From: Longimicrobiales bacterium
GTDB lineage: Bacteria > Gemmatimonadota > Gemmatimonadetes > Longimicrobiales > Gaopeijiaceae
DNA: 64,000 bases
NCBI GenBank assembly: GCA_963422615.1
Contig: OY730414.1
Coordinates: forward strand, 2,402,302-2,466,301
Reading direction: 5' to 3'
Part shown: positions 29,701-39,300 of the stretch, piece by piece
Layout of the letters: each line of letters starts with the position of its first letter
Position numbering within the stretch: the first letter of the stretch is position 1
Program-made: the position numbers and the translations under genes
Notes under the pieces: generated by a model
Seen by the model: the letters and a program-made list of their open reading frames with translations, nothing else
Databases searched by the model: none
Told to the model about the DNA's origin: nothing

Positions 29701-29963
29701 CGTTCGTGAAGCTCCGGGAGCTGTCGCTCCGTTACTCGCTGAACCCGGAGTGGCTTGACTCGGTGTTCCAGGGTCGGGTAACAGGGGCCGAGTTGAACCT
29801 GATCGGCCGCAACCTGCTTACGTTTACCAACTACACCGGATACGATCCAGAAGTGGGATCGGCTGGTGATTCTTCGGGTGGATCGGAAGCTGTCGGACGA
29901 GTCGACGACTACCAGTACCCGAACTTCCGAACGTTCACCGCAAGCCTGCAGCTGATCTTCTGA
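26721..29963 (+). CDS. susC: SusC/RagA-family TonB-dependent outer-membrane receptor
   Basis: CarboxypepD_reg-like N-terminus; DIESMEIVKGAAGASLYGSRAANGVVQIRTKRG plug; FTNYTGYDPEV; C-terminal F; AGGAG RBS. Confidence 0.95.
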   Translation: MGVPLLSAGGSRGFRNKRGGGAIVTFALLLGFGQAQGQAGSITGTVSDIATGQVLESALVRLDGAGSGVLTTDAGRYLILGVSPGSHSVTFEILGYDSQTLTVQVSAGESAVLDAELASGALGLQELVVTGVARATPRVKLPFTVEKLDIANTPVPAVSAENFLIGKVPGVKVVGGSGQPGNSGDILLRGATSINGSQAPLIIIDGVITTNSFDDVVALDIESMEIVKGAAGASLYGSRAANGVVQIRTKRGTGFGGRDYNQLVLRNETGQERIAGDIQLSEYHPWEVDASGNLVDVGGNVITDITDPDMENPALNGDGVFKSFQDNPWPSSLPTYNQVDRVYTAGTFMSNYAVVEGRNGDTSYRSSFEWQTDRGVLSRWNDGFDRKGFRINLDHNVRSNLTVALSTAYTESEQEDLGSAPFYDLTFMGPYVDLLRRDPSTIGERHCPANGCLFVNPDPLSNQDNPLYHFELIDNRDWSEDVKASVTARWTPFAWLDMEGVFGLDRNAFLQSNLSPAGRETAEGSVVNGSLWKRQDHRQNINSELTVSLNKAFGDLATRTRLRYLQESSHYEWFDAYGTDFAAADVPRLNNLNTESYEAESFVRDIRSEGYFLISALDYKGKYIVDALARRDGSSLFGTNERWHTYYRTSLAWRMAQESWWPLADVNELKLRWSLGTAGRRPRFEAQYETYSVGAGAITPQTLGNKDLKPQRSTETEFGLDMVLFNTASLGVTYANTISEDQLLFVPLPKAGGFSSQWQNAGALDSNTWESYLEVPIISTDEVGWNVRLNVDRTRMEITRLDRPAYRSGFFYFRDGEVFGAFYGAKWATACADLPVGTPCDQFKLNDDGLLVWTGGSDYTNGISGDLWGTDSEGQTGDDVFQWGMPVRMFGECPARRQGEMGCKDFLYLGNSTPDLNLSLVNSFRWRGLSLYVLLDGEFGADIYNQTRQWAYRENRSGDQDQFGKPDGMKKPVAYYQRLYNTNAMNGWFVEKGTFVKLRELSLRYSLNPEWLDSVFQGRVTGAELNLIGRNLLTFTNYTGYDPEVGSAGDSSGGSEAVGRVDDYQYPNFRTFTASLQLIF
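26773..26782 (+). repeat. G10 homopolymer in the susC 5' coding region
   Basis: AAAAGGGGGGGGGGCGCC, encoding KRGGGA. Confidence 0.9.
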
Positions 29964-30012
29964 CGAGATCGGGGAACAGGAACAAAGAGGCATAAGGGAG
30001 GTATACAACTCT

Positions 30013-31671
30013 ATGTCTACGAATAAGACAACTACTATGGGTGGCCTATTGGTCGCCGTTGTGACACTATTGGCCGCCTGTGTTGACCTGGAAGTCACCA
30101 ACCTCAACGACCCCGACCGCGACCGTGCGATATCAAGTCCCTCCGACGTTGAATCGCTCATCTCGGGGGCGTACCAGTCCTGGTGGGCGGTTGCGCATCA
30201 CAGCTATCCCGATGCCGCGCTCAGCACGGCGGCTGACGCCCATTCCTCGTCGTGGGGTAACTGGGGCATGCGCGACTCCGGTTGGGAGCCTCGCAAGGCC
30301 TACAACAACGACCCGGCCTACAGCTACAACAACATGGCCGAGACACCGTGGCAGAACTCCTATCGTGCTCTGGCCGCGCTCAGGGATGGTATGCTGGCTA
30401 TCGAAAGCGGCGTGCAGATCCAGGAAGGTGACGGTCCGGACAACACCGATAGGGTGGTTGCGTTCGGCAAGTTCATTCAGGCTCTTTCCCTGTCCAACCT
30501 AGCGGTGCTCTTTGATAAGGCCTTCGTCGTTGACGAGACGGTGGAAGACGTCTCTTCATTGGAGCTACAATCCTACACCCAGGTCTGGGCCGCAGCAGAG
30601 GCCAAGTACGCCGAGGTGATCCAGATGGCCAGCGGTGGGTTCACCATCCCTTCAACCTGGGTGGGGTTCAACGGAGATTGGTCGGCTTCTTATTTGGGCG
30701 AACTGGCCCGCGCTTACCGGGCCCGCTACCGTACCCAAGTGCCCCGCACACCCGCGGAGCGGGAAGCCGTTGATTGGAGCGCGGTGCTTTCGGACGTCTC
30801 CGGCGGCATCTCGAAGGACTTCGCCGGATACTACGAAGAGGGCGGTAACTGGGCCTGGCACCGCAAGAAACACCACACCGCCCACTATACCGGGTGGGCC
30901 CGTATTGATTATCGCACCGTGGGACCCGCAGACGCGTCTGGTGCCTGGGAGACGTGGATCTCCGCAGGGCCGAATGACAAAATTCCGTTCGACATTGACA
31001 CCGACGACCGCCGCATCACAGGTGGAGCTCCCGACGTCAGCGGAAAGTACATTCGTTACATGGGCAACAGCCCCTTCCCTGCCGACAGGGGCATCTACCA
31101 CTATTCGAACTACATTGACTGGCGGTGGCGTCCCCTGTATGACGCCGGCTGGGTCGGCGAGTATCCCGACATGACCTCCAAGGAGCTGGATTTCCTTGCG
31201 GCGGAGGCGAACTACCGGATGGGTGACAGGGCGTCCGCCATGGCCGTGATCAACAAGTATCGCACCATGAACGGGGAGCTCCCTCCCTTTACCGACCCCA
31301 ACGGTGAGGCTCCTGGTGGCAACCGGTGCGTGCCACAGAAGAGCAACGGCGCCTGTGGTGACCTTTGGGATGCGTTGAAGTACGAGAAGCGGATTGAGCT
31401 ATTCCACTACGGTCTTGGCACCGAATACTTCGACGACCGTGGCTGGGGTGACCTAGTGCAATACAGCTTTCTGCAGCTTCCGGTACCCGGAAGCGAGCTG
31501 GAAATTCTGCTTCAGGAAATGTATACCTTCGGCGGTCCGGGAGGAGACAGCGCGTCTCCCGACATCATCAACGACGTCAGCCCTCGCGCCCTGCGAAACA
31601 AGGCGAGGTCGTTTGATTTGTGGCGCCTCGCCAACACAGAGCGCATTGACGACGTAGGAGTGCGTAGATGA
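30013..31671 (+). CDS. susD: RagB/SusD-family lipoprotein
   Basis: Lipobox LAAC; directly downstream of susC; AEANYR, LKYEKRIEL and DDRGWG motifs. Confidence 0.92.
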   Translation: MSTNKTTTMGGLLVAVVTLLAACVDLEVTNLNDPDRDRAISSPSDVESLISGAYQSWWAVAHHSYPDAALSTAADAHSSSWGNWGMRDSGWEPRKAYNNDPAYSYNNMAETPWQNSYRALAALRDGMLAIESGVQIQEGDGPDNTDRVVAFGKFIQALSLSNLAVLFDKAFVVDETVEDVSSLELQSYTQVWAAAEAKYAEVIQMASGGFTIPSTWVGFNGDWSASYLGELARAYRARYRTQVPRTPAEREAVDWSAVLSDVSGGISKDFAGYYEEGGNWAWHRKKHHTAHYTGWARIDYRTVGPADASGAWETWISAGPNDKIPFDIDTDDRRITGGAPDVSGKYIRYMGNSPFPADRGIYHYSNYIDWRWRPLYDAGWVGEYPDMTSKELDFLAAEANYRMGDRASAMAVINKYRTMNGELPPFTDPNGEAPGGNRCVPQKSNGACGDLWDALKYEKRIELFHYGLGTEYFDDRGWGDLVQYSFLQLPVPGSELEILLQEMYTFGGPGGDSASPDIINDVSPRALRNKARSFDLWRLANTERIDDVGVRR

Positions 31672-32153
31672 GCAGGTGCCGGGAAGTGTGGCGGATGCTC
31701 GTGGCCGGGGGCGTTCTCCTGTCCGTCCTGACGGTAGGATGCGCCAGCGGCGGAGTGTCGTCGCAGTCCGCCAACCACTGGCGGGAGGACATGGGGCGGA
31801 TGTCAAGTGCGACCCTGAATGCCGGACTTGACAAGATCGTGCGCAAGTACGCCCTGCAGATTGCCCGAAGGACATCAAGCTCTCATGAGATCTACTACGA
31901 GACGACCTGGACGGAACGTGAAGTGCTGGCCCAGGAGCAGATGCGCGGCGTGACCCACGCGCGGAATCGTATTGTTCTCAGGGGCCGCAGGCTCATGAAC
32001 GTCTACCGCGTCACTTGGGATTTGGAAAACGAGACCGTCACCGCAGGTGTTGAAGGCTGGCACCCCGATCCCGTGCCGGATGAGGTGGTGGAGGAATTCC
32101 GCCCCATCTACTCGGACTTGTTGTTGGAAGTACGGACCGGCGTGATACGTTGA
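31668..32153 (+). CDS. Hypothetical lipoprotein, translationally coupled to susD
   Basis: ATGA overlap with the susD stop; lipobox TVGC. Confidence 0.75.
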   Translation: MSRCREVWRMLVAGGVLLSVLTVGCASGGVSSQSANHWREDMGRMSSATLNAGLDKIVRKYALQIARRTSSSHEIYYETTWTEREVLAQEQMRGVTHARNRIVLRGRRLMNVYRVTWDLENETVTAGVEGWHPDPVPDEVVEEFRPIYSDLLLEVRTGVIR

Positions 32154-32159
32154 CCTTGT

Positions 32160-32197
32160 GCGGGGGCTTGGGTGGATACGTTCCCCCAAGCCCCCGC
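32160..32197. terminator. 13-bp GC-rich stem-loop between convergent genes (putative terminator)
   Basis: GCGGGGGCTTGGG (32160-32172) pairs with CCCAAGCCCCCGC (32185-32197); no clear U-tract. Confidence 0.6.
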
Positions 32198-32272
32198 TGG
32201 CCAGGGCCGGACAGGCAGGTCCCTCACGCGGGGGAGGTGGAAAGGTTCGGGAGGGGTACCGCCGCGGGGTCC

Positions 32273-34261
32273 TTAGTATTCGAGAAGTCGAACGGGGGTT
32301 GCCCGAATCCGGGTAACCCCCGTTTCACGGTCGGTGACCCGCAAGACCACCTGCAGCAGGCCCGGGCGCTCGTTGCGCAGGTCAAGATCGAAGAAATGCT
32401 CCCCTCGAGTTGACGGGGACTCTATCGACAGGGCAATATCGGCCGTCTCCAGATCCCGTTCTTCTACCTGGGGAAGGGGGATGCCAGGATTGGGGAGCGT
32501 CACGGGAGCCAAGTGCGCTCGGAGTTCCACGGGCCCGACGTCAACCGCCGCAGGACGGTATATCTCGAAATAGATGCGCAGGGGATCGTCCTTCCAGAAC
32601 CGGGTGGCGGGCAGGAGCGGGACCGGAAGATCGCCGAGATCGAGTTCGGGTCGGGGGGCGATGCCCACGACCAGGTCACTAACCTCAAACTCGGCAAGGC
32701 CCCGCACCGCTTCCCCACCCTCGGCGCGATCCGAACCGCCCGCATCAGGGACGCGGTCGTCCGCTTCCACCCGCACAAGGGGTGCTTCCACCTGAACGTG
32801 CAGCTGTCCCGGCAGGCGCTCCCCCTTCGCGGAATCGGCCACCTCCTGGACATCGTGCCGGGCCGACACGGATAGATGGCGGATTCGCTCCCTGTGGCGG
32901 AGTACCAGGGTGGAGAGGTAGCCCGGCCCGTCAACGGGAAGCATCTCGGCCCGTGCAACCTCGGCGAGCCTTGCGTTCCGCAGGATAACGGTATGGCTGG
33001 CCGTCCAGGGAGCCAGAACGAGGCTGTCCCGGATCGCTTCGCCCTCCCCGGAGGGCATCCAAACGGGAGAGGATACCGCCATGACCAGCAGCCTGGGCTC
33101 CCCGTCCTGGAGAACGCGCACTGCCTGAGCCGACAGGGCACTTCTGGGCCTGTCATCGAACGCCGAGATGGCAGGCGGTGACGGTTGCCGGGAGGCCCAC
33201 TGGTCATCGGCGATGTGGCGGCGCGAGATGGCCTCAAGGGAGCCCTCATGCGGACGCCGGGCCGAATTCCAGAGCCTCTCGAGCTCTCCGAACCTGAGCC
33301 CGTAGGGCCCACCCATCCTGGCAAGATCCTCGTAGTAGAAGAGCTCAAGGTAGTGCTGGGCCCGGACCCCGGCGTAACGGGCCTCTCCGGACACCCGTGC
33401 CGAAGCGGGGATGATCTCGTGAAGACCCTGGACATGCCGAAAGGGGCCGGTGCCCTGGGTGTTGCCGAAAAGGAAGTACGTGAATTCTCCCGGGTGCATG
33501 GTGGCGTAGCGCCAGATCTCGTACTGGGGCTGCTGGTCGAAGCGGGCGATGTAGTCAAGCGGCAGATTCCGGGAGCGACGCTCGAATTCGCTCACGCCCA
33601 GGTGGCCGCGCGTCACCCGGTCCGGCAGCCCGTACTTCACATAGAAGGTCCCGCGGTCGTCGGTGCCGTAGACCGACGATCGATTGTAGACGAAGGTCCT
33701 CCGAGCGTAGGCGATCCGCTTCCAGTGTTCGACCAAGCGCTCGTTGACCAGCGTCGACGGGGTCGGATCGCGCTCGATCCAGAACTGCTTGACCGCGAGC
33801 GCGAGAGCACCTGAATCCCCCCGACCTGCCGCCTCCCAGTACTCGGTGGCTGTCGAGTCGACAAGCGTGAAGGTGCGTCGCGCCTCGGCCACGATTTCGT
33901 CCCGCGCTTCCTCATCAACCGCACCCGAGAAACCCCAGTAGAACATGACGGTGGCGATCTCCTCGTATCCCTCGAGATCGTTTTCCGTAACGATCCGAAT
34001 GAAGGCTGTGCCGATGCGGGCATCTTCGGCGCTCTCGCCTGAGAGGCTGTCGCGCACAGCGATCCAGAACCGAAGGGCGCCCTCGGGGTCGCCGGCGTCA
34101 ATGAACGCCCCGCCGAGCTCGTAGGCATTGGCTGGAGGCACCTGTGGAACGCCGGGGATGGGCACAACGGCCGGGACGACGGACAAAAGCGCCAGCCCGA
34201 GACCCACCTTCCGGAAGCTTGTCCACCGGCGGCGAGCCACAAGAACCACAAACCCGATCAT
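32273..34261 (-). CDS. GWxTD domain-containing protein
   Basis: FWIERDPTPSTLVNERLVEHWKRIAYA followed by YGTDDRGTFYVKYG and YEIWRY. Confidence 0.85.
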   Translation of the reverse strand: MIGFVVLVARRRWTSFRKVGLGLALLSVVPAVVPIPGVPQVPPANAYELGGAFIDAGDPEGALRFWIAVRDSLSGESAEDARIGTAFIRIVTENDLEGYEEIATVMFYWGFSGAVDEEARDEIVAEARRTFTLVDSTATEYWEAAGRGDSGALALAVKQFWIERDPTPSTLVNERLVEHWKRIAYARRTFVYNRSSVYGTDDRGTFYVKYGLPDRVTRGHLGVSEFERRSRNLPLDYIARFDQQPQYEIWRYATMHPGEFTYFLFGNTQGTGPFRHVQGLHEIIPASARVSGEARYAGVRAQHYLELFYYEDLARMGGPYGLRFGELERLWNSARRPHEGSLEAISRRHIADDQWASRQPSPPAISAFDDRPRSALSAQAVRVLQDGEPRLLVMAVSSPVWMPSGEGEAIRDSLVLAPWTASHTVILRNARLAEVARAEMLPVDGPGYLSTLVLRHRERIRHLSVSARHDVQEVADSAKGERLPGQLHVQVEAPLVRVEADDRVPDAGGSDRAEGGEAVRGLAEFEVSDLVVGIAPRPELDLGDLPVPLLPATRFWKDDPLRIYFEIYRPAAVDVGPVELRAHLAPVTLPNPGIPLPQVEERDLETADIALSIESPSTRGEHFFDLDLRNERPGLLQVVLRVTDRETGVTRIRATPVRLLEY

Positions 34262-34274
34262 CCCCCGGCCCATT

Positions 34275-35030
34275 TCAGTAGACGGACACGCGGGTCGACA
34301 TTTCCACCCGAAGATCGTGGTACCAGTTGCCGTCGGTCCGATCCGAGCCTCCGCTGTAGCGGCCCGTGGTCCCGACAGTCTCCAGCCCCACGGAAATCGG
34401 GCCGCCACTTGTCTTCAAGCCGATTCCCGCACGAAGCAACATGTGAGGCCGGGCATCCTGGTACATGTCTGTCACCGCCCGACAGATCAGCGCCTCGTCC
34501 CCAATGGAACGGGGCAGACATCTCGGAATCTCGAACTCGAACCAACGCACGCCGAACCCTCCCGAGAGCACCGGGCGAACCCGCGCCCCCGGATTACCCG
34601 CGAGCAGACGCACGACCGAGGTGAGCGAACGAACCTGCACGGGGGCGATCTGGGGCGTGCAAATGTTGCCGACGACCAGGTCGCAGATCGCAATCCGGCC
34701 CGTGACCTCCGCCCCCGAGGTCGCTTCGAACCCGACTCGCGCGGAGAGCTCTTGCGAAGGGAACCGCACCTCGACCCCTCCGCCGACCACCGGTGAAGGG
34801 TTCAGCTCGGCCACGGTTTGGAGCAACCCGAGGTTGGGGTTGTCCGAGGCGGTGTTGTTGGCGAGCCTGCCCGTGGGCCACTGGTATCCACCGGCCATCC
34901 AGAGGCCGAAGGTCCAGCCGCGGCGATCCGGCTCTTCCTGCGCCGAAAGCGTCCCACCCGGAACCACCGCCAGGAGCACCGCCAAGGTGAGCACGGAGAG
35001 AAAACCTGCGGTGTCGGTGCGAAGTGCCAC
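34275..35030 (-). CDS. Putative outer-membrane beta-barrel protein
   Basis: GAGG RBS with GTG 35030; signal peptide ending LSA-Q; alternating beta-strand pattern; C-terminal aromatic Y; two Cys pairs. Confidence 0.65.
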   Translation of the reverse strand: MALRTDTAGFLSVLTLAVLLAVVPGGTLSAQEEPDRRGWTFGLWMAGGYQWPTGRLANNTASDNPNLGLLQTVAELNPSPVVGGGVEVRFPSQELSARVGFEATSGAEVTGRIAICDLVVGNICTPQIAPVQVRSLTSVVRLLAGNPGARVRPVLSGGFGVRWFEFEIPRCLPRSIGDEALICRAVTDMYQDARPHMLLRAGIGLKTSGGPISVGLETVGTTGRYSGGSDRTDGNWYHDLRVEMSTRVSVY

Positions 35031-35280
35031 GTAGGTTCCTCTCTCAAGGGATAACCAGGGACGGATCTGGTCGCCCGTCTTGAACCCGACGGAGATTCTA
35101 ACCCGACCCACCCTGTCGCGCCACCGAAGTTGTTCGTCTTCGGCATCGAGTGGGCTGACTGCGACTCGCAGCCGCGCCCATGGCCGCTGTTGCATCGCGC
35201 GCTTGGGCCGCTACCCTTTGGGGTGCACCATGGTCGACCCCACCAGCGACCCGAAGTCGAACGGGCCAGGAACCAAGAAG

Positions 35281-36879
35281 ATGAACAAGATGACCGCATA
35301 CGCTCCCCGCGCAACCACCGCCGTTGTAGCCCTCCTCGCCACCTCCCTTCCCCCCTTTGCGCCCCCGCTCCCCGCCCAGACCTTCCCTTCCGACGACCCG
35401 GTGATTCGGGCCATATGGGACCAGGGCATGGGCGACGGCAGCCAAGTCTACGATCTGGCCCAAGCGCTCGTGGACTCCATCGGTCCCAGGCTCATGGGGT
35501 CGCCGGCCTACGCCCGATCGGCGGACTGGCTCGTAGCCAACTACGAGAGGTGGGGCATCCCGGCGGAGCGACAAGCGTACGGAACTTGGACCGGCTGGGA
35601 CCGGGGGATCACCCACATCGACCTTCTGGAGCCCCGGGTGCGCAGCTTGGAGGGGATGATCCTTGCGTGGAGCCCCGGCACCGAAGAACCCGTTGAGGGC
35701 GAGGTCCTGGTCCTTCCTATTCTAACGGGTGCCGAAGCGTTGGAAGCCTGGCTCCCGACTGTGGAGGGCAAGTTCGTGGCCACCACTTTCGCCGAAACCA
35801 CTTGCCGGGAGGATCGGTCCTGGCAGGACCACGCGACCGAAGAATCCTTCCGGCGGATGAACTCATCCCGGGAAGAGGCCCAACGGGCATGGCAGTCCAG
35901 CTTCGGCCACTTCATGCGTAACGGCGGTCCGGCCCGGTTAGAGGAGGCCGGGGCTCTGGCGGTCCTGACCGGCCGGTGGTCCCGGGGCTGGGGCGTGGAC
36001 AAGATTTTCTCCTCCCAGACCCGACAGATTCCCTCGGTTCACCTCTCGTGCGAGGACTACTCCCTCGTGCACCGCCTGGCGTCCCGGGACCAGGGGCCCC
36101 GCGTTCGCCTGGAAGCTCATGCCGAATTCCTGGGGGAAGTCCCCGCCTTCAACGTGATGGCCCGCATACCGGGCACGGAGCTTCCAGACGAGTACGTGCT
36201 CCTGAGCGCGCACCTGGACTCGTGGGACGGAGCCTCCGGGGCCACCGACAACGGGACCGGGACCATCATGATGCACGAAGCAATGCGGATCCTCAAAGCG
36301 ACGTATCCGAATCCGCGCCGGACAATCCTTGTGGGACACTGGGGAGGGGAGGAACAGGGGCTGATCGGATCCACTGCCTTCGCCACGGACAACCCGGAGG
36401 TCGTGGAAGGGCTACAGGCGGCATTCAACCAGGACAACGGCACCTGGCGGGTTGACTACATCCGCATGCAGGGGTTCTTGGGGGCGGGGAAGCACTTCTC
36501 CCGCTGGTTCGACGTGATCCCTCCGGAGATTACGGGACACATCGAGCTTGACATCCCGGGCGTCCCGGAGCGAGGCGGCTCGGACCACATGTCCTTCATC
36601 TGCAAGTCCGCCCCCGGATTCCGGCTTCAGTCCAACTACCCCGATTATCGACAGTATACGTGGCACACGAACCGGGACACCTTCGACAAGATCGTCTTTG
36701 ACGACCTGCGCAACAACGCGACCCTGGCCGCCATGCTGGCCTACGCAGCGTCCGAGGATCCGGAACGGGTCACCGTAACCCCCCGCGTCCTACCTGCCGA
36801 CGAACGAACCGGCCAGCCAGGCGTATGGCCCGCGTGCCGGCCGCCCCAGCGGAATCCAGGGGGCGCCGCCGGAGGATAG
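35281..36879 (+). CDS. M28 family peptidase (carboxypeptidase Q-like), secreted
   Basis: IGPRLMGS, SAHLDSW, GATDNGTG, GEEQGL, GSDH and WHTNRDT. Confidence 0.92.
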   Translation: MNKMTAYAPRATTAVVALLATSLPPFAPPLPAQTFPSDDPVIRAIWDQGMGDGSQVYDLAQALVDSIGPRLMGSPAYARSADWLVANYERWGIPAERQAYGTWTGWDRGITHIDLLEPRVRSLEGMILAWSPGTEEPVEGEVLVLPILTGAEALEAWLPTVEGKFVATTFAETTCREDRSWQDHATEESFRRMNSSREEAQRAWQSSFGHFMRNGGPARLEEAGALAVLTGRWSRGWGVDKIFSSQTRQIPSVHLSCEDYSLVHRLASRDQGPRVRLEAHAEFLGEVPAFNVMARIPGTELPDEYVLLSAHLDSWDGASGATDNGTGTIMMHEAMRILKATYPNPRRTILVGHWGGEEQGLIGSTAFATDNPEVVEGLQAAFNQDNGTWRVDYIRMQGFLGAGKHFSRWFDVIPPEITGHIELDIPGVPERGGSDHMSFICKSAPGFRLQSNYPDYRQYTWHTNRDTFDKIVFDDLRNNATLAAMLAYAASEDPERVTVTPRVLPADERTGQPGVWPACRPPQRNPGGAAGG

Positions 36880-37066
36880 CCGGACAACGCCACCGTCCAG
36901 GCACAATTTGCAATTTGCTCCCCCCAGGACCCCGGTCGGGCCATCGGCCCCCGAAGGGCAGCGGATAGGGGCGTTGAGGCTTTCAGCCACTCCTCCGCCC
37001 AACCCCACCGATTCGGGGCTTGTTGCCGGGTCCATCGGCCCGCGAAAGGGAAGTCCCGTAGCTTCT

Positions 37067-37906
37067 TCATCCCCCGGGCTTCATCGCGTGGATGACCCCG
37101 CCCCAGATCGATTGCGTGAAAGCGCGGGCTTCGGCTTCCCTGTCCGGATCGTCCCGCACGATGGCCTGAACCTGCGGGTCGCCGAAGATGTGCTCTGACG
37201 GGTAGGGTTGGCCCTCCTCTACCCGAATGCGGGTGAACCCCGCGTTCGCAAGGTCGCGCTCGTATTCGGGCACCCGAACCGGAAGGCAGCCCACCAGTGC
37301 CTCCTTGGAAGCGGCGATGAAGTCCGGCACGGCAAGGGTCGAGACCAAATCCGAGATCATGAGCCGCCCGCCCGGCTTCAAGACTCGCAGGGCCTCCGAA
37401 AGCACTTTCGGTCGGTCGGCAGAGAGGTTGAGGACGCAGTTGGAGATGATCACGTCGGCCACCCCGTCGCGGGCGGGCAGGGCTTCGATCTCCCCGAGCC
37501 GGAACTCGACGTTCTCGAACCCGCCCTTGGACGCGTTGGCCCGGGCGCGCTCTATCATTTCGGGCGTCATGTCCACCCCGATGACCCTACCCGCCGGACC
37601 GACCCGCTCTGCCGCCAGGAAACAGTCAAAACCGGCGCCCGACCCCAGGTCAAGCACGGTCTCCCCCGCGGTCAGGGAGGCCAGGGCAACAGGATTGCCA
37701 CACCCCAGCCCCAAGTTGGCCCCCTCGGGCACGCTCGCGAGCTCAACCTCCTCATATCCCACGGCGCGGCTGATGTCGTCGGCACTGCCCGGGCCGACTT
37801 CGCAACAAGAGGGCCCACAACAGCCTCCTTCTTCCACCGCCTTGCTTCCATAACGTTCGCGAACGGCACGACGGCGCTCGCCCGGATCAATGGCCATCTT
37901 CGTCAT
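37067..37906 (-). CDS. arsM: Arsenite S-adenosylmethyltransferase
   Basis: GCCGPSCC, NLGLGCGNP, LDLGSGAGFD, GVDMTPEM, ISNCVLNL and VGCL; GAGGAGG RBS. Confidence 0.88.
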   Translation of the reverse strand: MTKMAIDPGERRRAVRERYGSKAVEEGGCCGPSCCEVGPGSADDISRAVGYEEVELASVPEGANLGLGCGNPVALASLTAGETVLDLGSGAGFDCFLAAERVGPAGRVIGVDMTPEMIERARANASKGGFENVEFRLGEIEALPARDGVADVIISNCVLNLSADRPKVLSEALRVLKPGGRLMISDLVSTLAVPDFIAASKEALVGCLPVRVPEYERDLANAGFTRIRVEEGQPYPSEHIFGDPQVQAIVRDDPDREAEARAFTQSIWGGVIHAMKPGG

Positions 37907-38024
37907 CGTCACCTCCTCAAGTCGTCTGCGCATCCTCCTTGATGCAATCAAGATATACAATCACGTTTCGGTTGGGGGGAACACGTGGATAAAGGCCCGG
38001 GGGCGAAAACAGGGGAGACACAGC

Positions 38025-39128
38025 ATGGAGTGGAAGGAACGGCTTGAGCGAATCAGGACCAGGATCGAGCGGGAACGGGACGAGATCCGCTTGAAGGTCA
38101 ACCTGGCCAAGATGGACGCCCGGGACGAGATGGCCGGAATGGAGCGCAAGTGGGAGACCTTCAAGGCCAGGATGTCCGAGGTCGAGCTCAGCGACGTGAC
38201 CGAAGAGGTTCGGGAGGCAGCGGACAAGCTCGCCGGAGAGCTGCGGGAAGGGTACGACATCCTCAGGGCCAAGATCGGGGAGCACACAGGGAAAGGGCGC
38301 GAAGAAGGCACCCCGGAGGAGGACGCCGAATCGGTCTACACCATGGGATACGGGGAGGAGTTTCGGCGAGTACTCGAGCGCCGAAACGCCCAGAGCCATG
38401 CCGCCCACTTGCTGCCCCACCTTCGGCCGGGAATGCGATTGCTCGACTTTGGGTGCGGGCCAGGGACGATTTCGGTTGGCCTCGCAAAAGCAGTAGCGCC
38501 CGGCGAATTCCACGGCATCGATGTGGAGGAATCGCAAGTCGACCTCGCCCGGAGGACAGCCCGGGCCGCGGGCTGCGAAAATGTCGAGTTCCGGATGGGC
38601 AGCGTTACCGACCTTCCTTTCGACGACGGATGGTTCGACGTGGCCCACTGCAACGCCGTACTGATGCACGTCCCCGACATCCGGGCCGCCTTGAACGAGC
38701 TAGAACGCGTGCTGAAGCCCGGCGGCATCGTCTCCGTTCGGGAACTGATCACCGCTGCTTCGTTCTCCGCCCCAGACTTCGGAAACCTCAACGGGATGTT
38801 CGACACCTTCGCAAAGGTACTGAGCGCCACCGGGGGGCATCCTCAGCTGGGGAGGGAGATCAAGAATGTGCTCTACGAGGCGGGGTTCGTCGACGTTGAG
38901 TCAAGCCTTTCGTTCGAGGTCTTCGATTCGACCGAGGATCGAGCCCTCTTCCACGGCTTCGTCCGGGACTGGTTCTTCGCGTCCGACATGGTGACTGCAG
39001 CCACCCAATACGGGTTTGCCACCCCAAGACAGTTCGAAGGGTGGCGGCGTTCGGTGGACAAGTGGAGGGATCATCCTGGCGCGTTGGCGACCTTTGCGTG
39101 GGGTGGCGCACTGGGCCGCAAGGCGTAG
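38025..39128 (+). CDS. Class I SAM methyltransferase with N-terminal coiled-coil domain
   Basis: Charged helical N-terminus (ERDEIRLKVNLAKMDARDE); LLDFGCGPG, FDVAHCNAVLMH and VLKPGG. Confidence 0.85.
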   Translation: MEWKERLERIRTRIERERDEIRLKVNLAKMDARDEMAGMERKWETFKARMSEVELSDVTEEVREAADKLAGELREGYDILRAKIGEHTGKGREEGTPEEDAESVYTMGYGEEFRRVLERRNAQSHAAHLLPHLRPGMRLLDFGCGPGTISVGLAKAVAPGEFHGIDVEESQVDLARRTARAAGCENVEFRMGSVTDLPFDDGWFDVAHCNAVLMHVPDIRAALNELERVLKPGGIVSVRELITAASFSAPDFGNLNGMFDTFAKVLSATGGHPQLGREIKNVLYEAGFVDVESSLSFEVFDSTEDRALFHGFVRDWFFASDMVTAATQYGFATPRQFEGWRRSVDKWRDHPGALATFAWGGALGRKA

Positions 39129-39300
39129 GGCGGCAAGGCATAGGGCTCTCCGTCCGGGAAGGACACCACCCCCGGGACTGTCCCCTAATTCTTCGGCGGA
39201 TCCGGCTCCCGCGCGGGGGCGCGTAGGATGAGGAAGAGCGACGTCGACTCCCCAAGCGTCGGCGGCTGACCGTCCGCCTCCCAACAAGCGTACGCGCCGA

